This document shows, in pieces, positions 53,128-64,000 of a DNA stretch of 64,000 nt. Under the pieces are notes generated by a model. The model searched no databases. It was given only the letters and a program-made list of their open reading frames with translations, and had not been told where the DNA came from. The DNA lies in assembly GCF_003334765.1 (NCBI RefSeq), contig NZ_QOWT01000016.1; one strand, 5' to 3'. Positions within the stretch are counted from its first letter, which is position 1. Every line of letters starts with the position of its first letter. A program made the position numbers and the translations under genes. The stretch comes from Escherichia coli. GTDB taxonomy: Bacteria; Pseudomonadota; Gammaproteobacteria; Enterobacterales; Enterobacteriaceae.

Positions 53128-53924
53128 CAATAAACAAAACTCACAGGTGCAGCACCCGCCGGATGCGGCAAAATACCCATCGGGATGCCATAAATCATTT
53201 CGAGGGTTTCGCCGCGCATAATTTCCGCAGGCGTTCCCTGAGCAATCATTTCACCGCCGCGCAGGGCGACCAGATAATCACAGTAGCGTGCCGCCATATT
53301 GATATCGTGCAACACGGCAATGACCGTCAGGCCACGCTCCTGACTTAAACGGTGCACCAGCGACAGCACATCAACCTGGTGGGCGATATCCAGCGCCGAG
53401 GTCGGTTCGTCGAGCAACAGACAACGGCTATCCTGCGCCACCAGCATGGCGATCCACGCCCGCTGACGTTCGCCGCCAGAGAGACTATCGACCAGCCGAT
53501 GCGCCAGCGGTTTTAAGCCAACCAGCGAGATAGCTTCCTCGACTTTTTCGCGATCTGCCGCCCCAAAGCGCCCCAGCGCGCCATGCCACGGGTAACGACC
53601 AATCGCCACCAGTTCACGCACGGTCATCCCTTCTGCCGGAGGAAGCTGCTGCGGCAAATAAGCCACTTTGCGGGCAAACGCTTTGCTGCTCCAGCTTTCC
53701 AGCGGTTGGGCATCAAGAAGAATCTCCCCTTCCGACGGCGGCTGATGACGGCCAAGCATTTTGAGCAGAGTGGATTTACCAGAACCGTTGTGACCAATCA
53801 GACCGGTCACTTTCCCGGCAGGAAAGGTTAACGACAGCGGATGCAAAAGCGTGCGCCCGGGCACACGAAAGGAGATATTACGCAGTGCAAAAGTGGTATC
53901 GGAATGATTCGTGTATTCCTGCAT
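53127..53924 (-). CDS. fhuC: ferric hydroxamate ABC transporter ATPase
   Basis: 265-aa product MQEYTNHSDTTFALRN with Walker A GHNGSGKST and LSGGERQR signature; the ORF-track start is 14 codons upstream. Confidence 0.95.
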   Translation of the reverse strand: MQEYTNHSDTTFALRNISFRVPGRTLLHPLSLTFPAGKVTGLIGHNGSGKSTLLKMLGRHQPPSEGEILLDAQPLESWSSKAFARKVAYLPQQLPPAEGMTVRELVAIGRYPWHGALGRFGAADREKVEEAISLVGLKPLAHRLVDSLSGGERQRAWIAMLVAQDSRCLLLDEPTSALDIAHQVDVLSLVHRLSQERGLTVIAVLHDINMAARYCDYLVALRGGEMIAQGTPAEIMRGETLEMIYGIPMGILPHPAGAAPVSFVY

Positions 53925-53974
53925 AACAGCCAACTTGTGAAATGGGCACGGAAATCCGTGCCCCAAAAGAGAAA

Positions 53975-56218
53975 TTAGAAACGGAAGGTTGCGGTTGCAA
54001 CGACCTGACGTTCTGCGCCCCAGAAGCAGCCATAAGTGTTAAAGCAGCTGGCGACGTATTCACGATCGAACAGGTTGTTAACATGCAGCGCCACGTTGGA
54101 GCCAGCCATGCCGACTCGCGCCAGATCATAACGTACTAACGCATCCACGACCGTATAACTTCCCACTTTAAAGGAGTTAGCCGGATCACCATAACTGGAG
54201 CCAGTATAACGACCACCGGTGCCCAGCGTCAGACCTGAAAGCGGACCGTCAAAGAAGGTGTAGTCAGCCCACAACGAAGCCATGTGTTTTGGCACCTGTG
54301 CAGGCGTATTGCCTTTATAGGTAGTATCGGTGGTGTATTCCGCATCGGTGTAAGTATAAGAACCGACTACGTTAACACTCGCCGACAGCGCCGCTTTCGC
54401 TTCGATTTCTACGCCACGTGCGCGGATCTCGCCACCTTCAACCGAGAAGAAGGAACCCTCAGGGTCCGCCATCAGGTTGTTGGTTTTAGTGAGATTATAC
54501 ACGGCACCAGTAACTACAATCGGACGATCTTCCGGTACATATTTCACGCCGACTTCATACTGCTTACCTTTAGACGGTGCGAAAATATTACCATCCTTCC
54601 CAACTTGCGAAGAAGGTTCAAACGATTCGCTATAGCTGAAGTAAGGTGTTACACCATTATCAAACAGGTAGTTAACACCACCACGCCAGGTAAACTGTTT
54701 GTCATCACGTTTATCGGTCGTCCCGGCAACGCGGTTAAGAGATTCTTGATCTGCCCAGTCATAACGACCGCCTAGGGTGACCAGCACTTTATCCCACTGC
54801 GCCTGATCCTGAACATAAACGCCCGTTTGTTTCTGTTTATTCAGAATGCGGTAAGGGCCGGAGTTTGCCGGATCTTTGGCATTGAAGTCGAAATCGGTAT
54901 TCACCGGATTGTACAGATTGAGCAGTGGCACAGAGTCGTCGTAACCAAACCAGGCGTTGATGTCATTACGCATACGCATAAAGTCGACACCGGTCAGCAG
55001 GGTGTGGTCGATATCGCCAGTGGCAAACTTGCTCTGCAACTGGGTATCAACGGAGAAGTTTTGCAGCTTCTCATCATCAACGACGTATTTACGTGCCAGA
55101 TAATGGCCTTTATCCGCTGGCGCTAATGCCGCACACTGTTTGCTGTAAGCATTCGCCGGATCGGAGCAGACGCCGTAACCATAAACGCTGTTTTGCGAGG
55201 TTTTGTTTTCAGCAAAGCGCAGGTTCTGACGCACAGTAAAGGTGTCGTTAAATTCGTGATCGAAGCTGTAGCCGACCATCTTCTCATTACGAGAATAGGT
55301 GTTGTTCTTCGCCCCTTCATTAAAGTCTGTCGGCAGACGCTTACCGTTCGGCAGCGGCTCAACGGTTCCCTCTTTCGGCAACCAGCCGTAATAACCGGTT
55401 TCCGGCTCGTTCTGGAAGTAAGAAAGGAAGGTAAAATTGGTTTTATCATCCGGACGCCAGGTGAACGCCGGTGCAATAGCATAACGCTGCTCTTCTGACC
55501 CTTTCTGCTGGGCATTGGCAGAACGCGCAAGACCGGTCAGGCGATAAGAGTAAACACCGTCATCATCCAACGAATCGCTAAAGTCAAAACCAGTCTGGAA
55601 CAGGCTGTCAGTACCGGCTTTAAACTGAACTTCTTTCAGCGGTTCGGTGGTCGGACGCTTGCTGACCATATTCAACAGGCCGCCAGGACTGCTTTTACCG
55701 TAAAGCACGGAAACCGGGCCACGCATAATTTCAGCGCGTTCCAGCATATACGGGTCAATGACCGCATCGTTATAGAAGTTGCCCTGCAACTTCAGGCCAT
55801 TCAGATAGTTATTCTGGCTTTGGCCTTCTGCCGCAAAGCCGCGAATGATCAGGTGGTCATAGGTGTTGGATGCGCCACGCGTACCAACAGAGACACCCGG
55901 CGTGTAGCTAAGCGCTTCTTTTACCGACTTCGGCTGATGCAGCGCCATCTCTTCGGCGGTCACAACAGAAATAGACTGTGGCACTTTTTGAATCGGCGTA
56001 TCGGTTTTAGTGCCGGTAGCAGACTGTCGCGCCGCAATAGTTGCAGCAGGCCCCCATGCGCTTTCTTGCGGCGCAGGTGCAGCGGTAACGGTGATAGTGT
56101 CTTCTTTCGGTTCAACCGCTGCCTGTGCATAAACAGACATGCCGCTAACCGCTGTGGCTACTACAACTGCGATTTTACGCAGTGAGTGTTTTGGCTGAGC
56201 AGTTTTGGAACGCGCCAT
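53975..56218 (-). CDS. fhuA: TonB-dependent ferrichrome outer-membrane receptor
   Basis: 747-aa ORF with signal peptide, TonB box region and C-terminal ...ATATFRF; recognised FhuA. Confidence 0.97.
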   Translation of the reverse strand: MARSKTAQPKHSLRKIAVVVATAVSGMSVYAQAAVEPKEDTITVTAAPAPQESAWGPAATIAARQSATGTKTDTPIQKVPQSISVVTAEEMALHQPKSVKEALSYTPGVSVGTRGASNTYDHLIIRGFAAEGQSQNNYLNGLKLQGNFYNDAVIDPYMLERAEIMRGPVSVLYGKSSPGGLLNMVSKRPTTEPLKEVQFKAGTDSLFQTGFDFSDSLDDDGVYSYRLTGLARSANAQQKGSEEQRYAIAPAFTWRPDDKTNFTFLSYFQNEPETGYYGWLPKEGTVEPLPNGKRLPTDFNEGAKNNTYSRNEKMVGYSFDHEFNDTFTVRQNLRFAENKTSQNSVYGYGVCSDPANAYSKQCAALAPADKGHYLARKYVVDDEKLQNFSVDTQLQSKFATGDIDHTLLTGVDFMRMRNDINAWFGYDDSVPLLNLYNPVNTDFDFNAKDPANSGPYRILNKQKQTGVYVQDQAQWDKVLVTLGGRYDWADQESLNRVAGTTDKRDDKQFTWRGGVNYLFDNGVTPYFSYSESFEPSSQVGKDGNIFAPSKGKQYEVGVKYVPEDRPIVVTGAVYNLTKTNNLMADPEGSFFSVEGGEIRARGVEIEAKAALSASVNVVGSYTYTDAEYTTDTTYKGNTPAQVPKHMASLWADYTFFDGPLSGLTLGTGGRYTGSSYGDPANSFKVGSYTVVDALVRYDLARVGMAGSNVALHVNNLFDREYVASCFNTYGCFWGAERQVVATATFRF

Positions 56219-56235
56219 TGGTATATCTCTGATGT

Positions 56236-56290
56236 AAAGTGAATGATAACGTAAACGAGAATGATTATTATAAAGATAAGATAATATTCG
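56236..56290 (-). promoter_or_regulatory. fhuA promoter with overlapping Fur box
   Basis: Minus strand reads TATCTTTATAATAATCATTCTCGTTTACGTTATCATTCACTT: a -10 TATAAT flanked by GATAAT/ATCATT-type Fur repeats. Confidence 0.75.
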
Positions 56291-56437
56291 AAACGCTGGC
56301 GGGTTCGCAAGCGGTACGCAATCTGAGCGTTCCTGAAGGGTTAATAAACAACCAGATGAAAAGAAAGGGTTAATATCTTAGATGGGATGTTATTTTACCG
56401 GATGGCAACTCGCCATCCGGTATTTCACGCTTAGATG

Positions 56438-58972
56438 TTAATTACTACCAAACATATCCTTGATCCAACCGGCTACACCGTCGCTGTCTTTCTGCTCTTG
56501 CTGAGCAGGTTGCTGTTGCGGCTGTTGCTGCGGCTGAGAAGACTGATCAAACGGATTGCCTGACGGCTGCTGCTGCATCTCGCTCTGCTGGCACAGCGAT
56601 TGCGGATCGCTGGTCCAGACCGGCAAGATACGCATGCCACCGCTGCAAACAAAGTTGCCGTCGTAGTCCACGCCCATATCTGCAATATCTTCTGGCGGAA
56701 CAAGATTCAGCGGCGTTGGCGTCTGGTTAGCCAGATAACGCTGATAAATCGACATTGCCCCGCTGGCACCATACAGTTTGGTCGGCTGGTTGTTATCACG
56801 GCCGACCCAGGTGATGGTCACCGTGCTGCCGTCAATGCCCGCAAACCAGGTATCTACGTTATTGTTGGTAGTCCCTGTTTTCCCTGCCAGATGCAGGTTC
56901 GGGTATTTCGCCCCAAGCTGACGACCCGTACCGCGTTGTACCACCTGCTGCATGGTCCATAGTGTCAGATACGCCGCCTGCGCCGGAACAGCGCGTTCCG
57001 CCTGCGGGAAGCTCTGATACAGCACTTTGCCATCTTCCGCGATTACCGAACGCAGCGCAGAAAGCGGTGCACGGTTACCACCGCTGGCGATGGTCTGGAA
57101 TGCCTGCGCCACTTCGATTGGCGTTAAGTTCAACGCCCCCAGCAGCATTGCCGGAACCGGATGCAACTGATCTTTCGGTACGCCCAGTTTAATCCAGGTC
57201 TCCGTAACCGCAGGCAGCCCCAGCGCCATCCCCAGATTTACCGTCGGCACGTTCATCGAACGGGTCAACGCATCCACCAGCATCACTCTGCCGCTTTCGC
57301 TATAACGACGGTCATCATTCTGCGGTGACCAGACCTGGCCATTCGGCTGACGCAGCGCAATTGGCGCATCCGCAATCCACGTATTCAGACGATAGATTTT
57401 CGGCTGGCTTAAGGCCGTCAGATAAGTCGCTGGTTTTGCAAGGGAACCAATCGAACGACGCGCCTGCATCGCACGGTTGTAGCCCGCAAACTGCGGCTCA
57501 GAACCTCCGACCATCGCACGAACTTCACCACTAAAGCGGTCGACGACCACAATCGCAGTTTCAAGATCGCTCAACTTACGCTGTTTCTTCAGTGCCGGAA
57601 TGCCTTCCACGGCGGCTTTTTCTGCCGCGTCCTGGGCCACCGAGTCAAAGGTAGTGAAGATCTTCACGCCGGAGAGATCTTTTACCTTATCGCCCAGTTT
57701 TGCCTGCAGCTCCTGACGCACCAGTTGCATAAAGGCTGGCTGAGGAGAGATCACCCCACCGCGCGGCTGAACCCCCAGCGGACGGGCACTCAACATGTCA
57801 TAGAGTTCTTGATCAATAATCTGTTGCTGTTGCAGCAGACGCAGCACCAGATTACGTCGCTCCAGCGCCAGTTTTGGGTTACGCCACGGGTTGTAGATGG
57901 ACGCCCCTTTCACCATACCGACTAACAGCGCCTGCTGGTCGAGGCTTAGCTCTTCTACCGGGCGACCAAAGTAATACAAGCTTGCCAGCGGGAAGCCGCG
58001 GATTTCGTTGTCGCCGCTCTGACCGAGATACACCTCGTTCATATACAGCTCAAGAATACGGTCTTTGCTGTAACGCGCGTCCATGATCAGCGCCATGTAA
58101 GCTTCGTTCGCTTTACGCCAGTAAGAACGCTCGCTGGAGAGGAACAGGTTTTTCACCAGCTGTTGCGTCAGCGTACTCGCACCCTGTACCGTGCGTCCGG
58201 CGGTCAGGTTTGCCAGCACCGCACGTCCGATTGAGTAGAGACTGATTCCATCATGCTCGTAAAAATGACGGTCTTCTGTCGCCAGCAAAGTATCCACCAG
58301 CAAATCCGGGAAACCACTGCGCGGCACAAACAGACGCTGCTCACCGTTTGGCGAAGAGATCATGGTGATCAGACGCGGATCAAGACGGAAGAAACCGAAC
58401 TGACGGTTGTTCTCCATATTGACGATCGTCGCCAGATGATCGCCATCAAAGGTCAGACGCGCGCGCACCTGTCCTTCTTTACTGTCCGGGAAATCAAACG
58501 GACGGCGAATCATCTCAATGCTGTTGGCCTGCACGGTAAATTCGCCAGGACGGGTCATTTTCGACACCTGACGATACTGGGTCGCCTCCAGCAGCTTCAC
58601 CATCTCGTTCTTGCTGATGGTCATGTCTGGCTCAAGATTGACCATTCGGCCATAAACTGCCGCAGGCAGTTGCCAGACCTTGCCATCAATACGGCTACGA
58701 ATTTTTTGATCGAGATAAACGCCGTAAATGGCGATCAGCACGGCAAAAACGATAGCCAGTTTTAGCAGTAGCCATAGCCAGCCGCGTTTGCCACGAGGCT
58801 TACGCCCTTTGCCTTTGCCCTTACCTTTGCGCGGCATCGGTTCTTCATCCTCATAGTCATCATAATCGTCGTAATCATCGTCATCTTCGTAACGACGACG
58901 GCTTACCTTTTGTTTGACCGGACGCGTCGGTTTCCCTTTGCGTCCAATTGGCTCGCGGTCATTCCCGGCCAT
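56438..58972 (-). CDS. mrcB: penicillin-binding protein 1B (bifunctional glycosyltransferase/transpeptidase)
   Basis: 844-aa product from the ATG preceded by GGAGA ([15 protein letters not shown]); the ORF-track TTG start is 5 codons upstream; internal Met46 is the known start of a shorter isoform. Confidence 0.95.
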   Translation of the reverse strand: MAGNDREPIGRKGKPTRPVKQKVSRRRYEDDDDYDDYDDYEDEEPMPRKGKGKGKGRKPRGKRGWLWLLLKLAIVFAVLIAIYGVYLDQKIRSRIDGKVWQLPAAVYGRMVNLEPDMTISKNEMVKLLEATQYRQVSKMTRPGEFTVQANSIEMIRRPFDFPDSKEGQVRARLTFDGDHLATIVNMENNRQFGFFRLDPRLITMISSPNGEQRLFVPRSGFPDLLVDTLLATEDRHFYEHDGISLYSIGRAVLANLTAGRTVQGASTLTQQLVKNLFLSSERSYWRKANEAYMALIMDARYSKDRILELYMNEVYLGQSGDNEIRGFPLASLYYFGRPVEELSLDQQALLVGMVKGASIYNPWRNPKLALERRNLVLRLLQQQQIIDQELYDMLSARPLGVQPRGGVISPQPAFMQLVRQELQAKLGDKVKDLSGVKIFTTFDSVAQDAAEKAAVEGIPALKKQRKLSDLETAIVVVDRFSGEVRAMVGGSEPQFAGYNRAMQARRSIGSLAKPATYLTALSQPKIYRLNTWIADAPIALRQPNGQVWSPQNDDRRYSESGRVMLVDALTRSMNVPTVNLGMALGLPAVTETWIKLGVPKDQLHPVPAMLLGALNLTPIEVAQAFQTIASGGNRAPLSALRSVIAEDGKVLYQSFPQAERAVPAQAAYLTLWTMQQVVQRGTGRQLGAKYPNLHLAGKTGTTNNNVDTWFAGIDGSTVTITWVGRDNNQPTKLYGASGAMSIYQRYLANQTPTPLNLVPPEDIADMGVDYDGNFVCSGGMRILPVWTSDPQSLCQQSEMQQQPSGNPFDQSSQPQQQPQQQPAQQEQKDSDGVAGWIKDMFGSN

Positions 58973-59039
58973 GCTTTTTCTCCGCAATATTCAGGCGCAA
59001 AAGCCCGATTTTCTGTTCTTCTGTTACAAGACAGAAGAA

Positions 59040-59165
59040 GATATCTCTCAAAATTTGTGCTCGATCGGTCCCCTCTCCCTTGAGGGAGAGGGTTAGGGTG
59101 AGGGTGAACGTGCGCGCTGATGCCCTCACCCCGGCCCTCTCCCACAGGGAGAGGGAGAAAACCAA
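59040..59165. repeat. GC-rich triple-hairpin intergenic repeat (boxC-like)
   Basis: Three palindromes: ccctctcccTTGAgggagaggg, gggtgaggg...ccctcaccc and ccctctcccACAgggagaggg, in the mrcB-hrpB spacer; family assignment is from memory. Confidence 0.6.
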
Positions 59166-59167
59166 CC

Positions 59168-61597
59168 TTACGAATACTTTTTCGTCCGTCGCGTCGGTGC
59201 AGTATTTGCCGGGTCGTCCGGCCAGACATGTTTGGGATAACGCCCTTTCATCTCTTTTTGCACCTCACGGTACGCTCCTTTCCAGAAGGCGCTCAAATCT
59301 CGTGTGATTTGTAATGGCCTTTGGGCAGGTGAAAGCAACTCCAGCACCAGCGGCACGCGCCCCTGGGCGATCGTCGGATTGGTGGCCTCGCCAAACATCT
59401 CTTGCATTCTCACCGCCAGCGCGGGCGGGTTATCTTCATGATAACGAATGGCGATCCGGCTTCCCGTCGGCACAGTGTAATGCGCAGGCAATTCACTATC
59501 CAGACGTTGCTGCATTCCCCAATCAAGTAATCCGCGTAGTGCCTGATAAATGTCGAGTGATTTCAGGCCGCGTAGTGAATGTACGCCAGTCATATGTGGC
59601 AGCAGCCACGTTTCCAGCGCTGCCAATAAACTTTCATCATCAACCGCTGGCCAGTCATATTCCGGCAACCACTTTGCGGCGCATAACAAACGCAAGCGTA
59701 GCTGTTCCGCTTCCGCCGTCCAGTTGAGCACGCTTAAACCTTTATCACGGATGCCATTAAGCATCGCCTGATGCAACTCGTCTTCTGACGGTTTCGCCAG
59801 CGGCTGCACTTTCACCGTCAACTGACCGATTTGTAGCCGACGCCAGGCTTTCAGCGTACCTTGCGCGTCATCCCACTCCACAGTGTCAGACTGCTGTACC
59901 AGCTGCGGGCAGCGTTGTACTAACTCATCAATATCGACCAGCAGCGCCAGTAAAATCCGCGCATCCGGCGAGGCGCTGCCCTGCAATAATAACGGTGCGA
60001 TCAACCATTCGTGGCGGCTTAGCGCGTCGTTGGCATCGAGCATCGCTCCCATGCCGTTTGCCAGTTGATAGCGTCCATCTTGCCCACGGCGACGAGCAAT
60101 GCGATCGGCAAACGCCCCGGCAAGTAGCGGCGCGATAAGCGAACTGTCTGCCTCACCGCCACGTACGTTTAAGCGTTTTAACAGTTGCTGACTACGTTGC
60201 TGCCAGGCTGGTTGATTGCGCGAAAACGCCACGCCCAGGTCACTATTGCCCATCCGTGGCGGCTCTTCGAGAATGGCGGCAATTTTTGCCGCGGTAGCAG
60301 CTTCGTCGTCGTTCTTCGCGCTAACCAGCATTGCCGCTAAACGCGGATCGTTACCCAGCGCTGCCATTTTTTGCCCTTGCGCACTAAGCCGTTCACCCTC
60401 CAGTGCCCCCAGCATTTGTAACAGACGTTTCGCGGCCAGTAGATTCACTACTGGCGGTTGATCCAGCCAGCTCATCTGCGCCGGATCGCTGCATCCCCAT
60501 TGCAGTAATTCCATCAGCAAACCGGAAAGATCGCTTTGTAAGATCTCCGGTTCACTTTGCGCCGCGGCGCGTTCTGCTTGTTCTTTGGCGATTAAATGCA
60601 GGCTGATACCCGGCTCCAGACGCCCGGCGCGCCCGGCACGCTGCGTCATGGATGCCTGGCTAACGCGTTGAGTAATCAGTCGCGTAAGCCCCGTGCGCGG
60701 ATCAAAACGCGCCACACGCTCCTGGGCACAATCCACCACCAGACGAATACCTTCAATGGTTAAACTGGTTTCAGCAATATTGGTCGCCAGCACCACTTTG
60801 CGCATCCCTTGCGGTGCCGGGAGGATCGCTTTTCGCTGATCGTTCAGCGACAACGCGCCATACAGCGGGCAGAGCAATACATCACTGCCGATGCGCGAAG
60901 CCAGTTGTTCCTGCACACGCTGAATTTCTCCGACGCCAGGTAAAAATAACAGTAATGATCCGCTTTCCTGACGCAGCATTTCAGCGGTGGCTACCGCAAC
61001 GGCATCGTCAAAACGCTGATGCGCGGGCAGCGGTAAATAACGGCGTTCAACCGGAAACGAGCGCCCTTCTGAGATGACGACAGGCGCTTCTGGCAGCATT
61101 TGCTGCAAGCGGTCGTTGTCCAGGGTAGCCGACATAATCAGCAGTTTAAGGTCATCACGCAGACCTTGTTGCACATCGAGTAACAGCGCCAACGCCAAAT
61201 CCGCCTGCAAGCTGCGCTCATGAAATTCATCAAGGATCACCAGTCCAACACCGCTCAGTTCCGGGTCACGCTGGATCATGCGCGTCAGCACGCCTTCGGT
61301 AACCACTTCCAGGCGGGTATTCGGCCCGACGCAGTTTTGCGCACGCATCCGGTAGCCAACGGTATCGCCTGGCTTTTCGTTAAGCAGCTCCGCCAGCCGT
61401 TGCGCGACGTTACGCGCCGCCAGACGACGCGGCTCCAGCAGGATAATTTTCCCGTTAATGCCGGGATGCGCCAGCAGTTGCAGCGGCAGCCAGGTTGATT
61501 TCCCGGCCCCGGTCGGCGCACTTAATAATACCTGCGGCGCACAATCGAGAGCGGTAAGTAATTCAGGTAAGACGGCAGCAACGGGCAACGACGACAC
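59168..61597 (-). CDS. hrpB: ATP-dependent DEAH-box RNA helicase HrpB
   Basis: 809-aa product from a GTG start (VSSLPVAAVLPELL) with Walker A GAGKST and DEFHER motif; the ORF-track start is 15 codons upstream. Confidence 0.9.
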   Translation of the reverse strand: MSSLPVAAVLPELLTALDCAPQVLLSAPTGAGKSTWLPLQLLAHPGINGKIILLEPRRLAARNVAQRLAELLNEKPGDTVGYRMRAQNCVGPNTRLEVVTEGVLTRMIQRDPELSGVGLVILDEFHERSLQADLALALLLDVQQGLRDDLKLLIMSATLDNDRLQQMLPEAPVVISEGRSFPVERRYLPLPAHQRFDDAVAVATAEMLRQESGSLLLFLPGVGEIQRVQEQLASRIGSDVLLCPLYGALSLNDQRKAILPAPQGMRKVVLATNIAETSLTIEGIRLVVDCAQERVARFDPRTGLTRLITQRVSQASMTQRAGRAGRLEPGISLHLIAKEQAERAAAQSEPEILQSDLSGLLMELLQWGCSDPAQMSWLDQPPVVNLLAAKRLLQMLGALEGERLSAQGQKMAALGNDPRLAAMLVSAKNDDEAATAAKIAAILEEPPRMGNSDLGVAFSRNQPAWQQRSQQLLKRLNVRGGEADSSLIAPLLAGAFADRIARRRGQDGRYQLANGMGAMLDANDALSRHEWLIAPLLLQGSASPDARILLALLVDIDELVQRCPQLVQQSDTVEWDDAQGTLKAWRRLQIGQLTVKVQPLAKPSEDELHQAMLNGIRDKGLSVLNWTAEAEQLRLRLLCAAKWLPEYDWPAVDDESLLAALETWLLPHMTGVHSLRGLKSLDIYQALRGLLDWGMQQRLDSELPAHYTVPTGSRIAIRYHEDNPPALAVRMQEMFGEATNPTIAQGRVPLVLELLSPAQRPLQITRDLSAFWKGAYREVQKEMKGRYPKHVWPDDPANTAPTRRTKKYS

Positions 61598-61670
61598 AAA
61601 ACGCTCCAGAGGGTTAACATTCTTCGCGCCACATTGTAGCATCGCGGTAATTCATAACCGAGTGCCTCAC

Positions 61671-62920
<1,250 letters not shown>

Positions 62921-63097
62921 TAAAGTAAGTAACTGGTTAATTTACATTCTGGTCGCGTGCGCAAATACGCTTTTCCTCACACAGTTGTCAAGTGTTACGT
63001 TTAGATAATTGCTATCCGGAAAAGCATCTGCTATTTATAGCGGCCTCATTTTTCCCCCGAACATGGGGATCGATAGTGCGTGTTAAGGAGAAGCAAC

Positions 63098-63553
63098 ATG
63101 CAAGAAGGGCAAAACCGTAAAACATCGTCCCTGAGTATTCTCGCCATCGCTGGGGTGGAACCATATCAGGAGAAGCCGGGCGAAGAGTATATGAATGAAG
63201 CCCAGCTGGCGCACTTCCGTCGTATTCTGGAAGCATGGCGTAATCAACTCAGGGATGAAGTCGATCGCACCGTTACACATATGCAGGATGAAGCAGCCAA
63301 CTTCCCGGACCCGGTAGACCGTGCAGCCCAGGAAGAAGAGTTCAGCCTCGAACTGCGTAACCGCGATCGCGAGCGTAAGCTGATCAAAAAGATCGAGAAG
63401 ACGCTGAAAAAAGTGGAAGACGAAGATTTCGGCTACTGCGAATCCTGCGGTGTTGAAATTGGTATTCGCCGTCTGGAAGCGCGCCCGACAGCCGATCTGT
63501 GCATCGACTGCAAAACGCTGGCTGAAATTCGCGAAAAACAGATGGCTGGCTAA
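63098..63553 (+). CDS. dksA: RNA polymerase-binding transcription factor DksA
   Basis: 151-aa product from the ATG preceded by AAGGAG ([19 protein letters not shown]) with C4 zinc finger [25 protein letters not shown]. Confidence 0.97.
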   Translation: MQEGQNRKTSSLSILAIAGVEPYQEKPGEEYMNEAQLAHFRRILEAWRNQLRDEVDRTVTHMQDEAANFPDPVDRAAQEEEFSLELRNRDRERKLIKKIEKTLKKVEDEDFGYCESCGVEIGIRRLEARPTADLCIDCKTLAEIREKQMAG

Positions 63554-63581
63554 TTACAGCCGTTCCATCACGTTTACCACA

Positions 63582-63609
63582 GGCGGGAAATGCTCCCGCC
63601 TTATTTTTT
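63582..63609 (+). terminator. hairpin terminator between dksA and gluQ (likely partial read-through)
   Basis: ggcgggaAATGCtcccgcc followed by TTATTTTTT. Confidence 0.7.
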
Positions 63610-63619
63610 GTTCAAAGAG

Positions 63620-64000
63620 ATGACAGACACACAGTATATTGGCCGCTTCGCCCCCTCTCCTTCCGGCGAGCTTCATTTTGGCTCTCTGATCGCCGCGCTC
63701 GGCAGCTATTTGCAGGCTCGCGCCCGGCAAGGTCGCTGGCTGGTACGCATAGAAGATATCGACCCGCCTCGTGAAGTTCCCGGTGCCGCAGAAACTATCC
63801 TGCGCCAGCTGGAACATTACGGTCTGCACTGGGACGGCGATGTTCTCTGGCAATCGCAACGTCACGACGCCTATCGTGAAGCACTCGCCTGGTTACATGA
63901 ACAAGGACTAAGTTATTACTGCACCTGTACGCGTGCGCGTATTCAAAGCATTGGCGGTATTTACGACGGTCATTGCCGGGTGTTGCATCATGGACCAGAC
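63620..64000 (+). CDS. gluQ: glutamyl-Q tRNA(Asp) synthetase (5' portion; truncated by the window end)
   Basis: ATG at 63620 opens a frame encoding [30 protein letters not shown], a class I aaRS HIGH-like motif; no stop before the window end. Confidence 0.85.
   Translation, partial: MTDTQYIGRFAPSPSGELHFGSLIAALGSYLQARARQGRWLVRIEDIDPPREVPGAAETILRQLEHYGLHWDGDVLWQSQRHDAYREALAWLHEQGLSYYCTCTRARIQSIGGIYDGHCRVLHHGPD

Noticed and set aside
54284-55530. Several 100-160-aa ORFs on both strands inside fhuA
   Set aside because: They overlap a recognised TonB-dependent receptor gene; no independent support.
58903-59229. Short ORFs (60-119 aa) on both strands across the mrcB-hrpB GC-rich palindromic repeat
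   Set aside because: Repeat-derived open frames with no Shine-Dalgarno sequence; symmetric translations on both strands are a hallmark of palindromic DNA.

Overview
This window reads as an ordinary, fully accounted-for stretch of Escherichia coli core chromosome, and I find no support for a novel or undescribed system in it. Gene order, protein N-termini and spacing match, from memory, the reverse complement of the E. coli K-12 region running from the rrnH promoter/gmhB to dksA/gluQ; this was not verified by any search. The order is: rrnH P1/P2 leader (partial, minus strand), gmhB, metNIQ, rcsF, trmO(yaeB), proS, yaeF, nlpE, arfB, yaeQ, yaeP, rof, tilS, yaeR, ldcC, accA, dnaE, rnhB, lpxB, lpxA, fabZ, lpxD, skp, bamA, rseP, cdsA, uppS, dxr, frr, pyrH, tsf, rpsB, map, glnD, dapD, yaeI, yaeH, cdaR, degP, dgt, mtn, btuF, yadS, erpA, clcA, hemL, fhuBDCA, mrcB, hrpB, thpR, sfsA, dksA and the 5' end of gluQ. 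About 57 protein genes fill the window at high coding density, with short intergenic regions holding recognisable terminators, REP/BIME repeats and known promoter motifs. I saw no IS element, integrase, prophage remnant, CRISPR array, tRNA or defence-like cassette. Where the ORF track starts a gene at an upstream in-frame codon, I have given the start that matches the recognised N-terminus and a Shine-Dalgarno sequence. The items most worth a second look are poorly characterised core genes (yaeF, yaeQ next to arfB, yaeP/rof, yaeR, yaeI/yaeH, yadS) and a triple-hairpin GC-rich repeat between mrcB and hrpB. Motif coordinates were counted by hand and may be off by a base or two.
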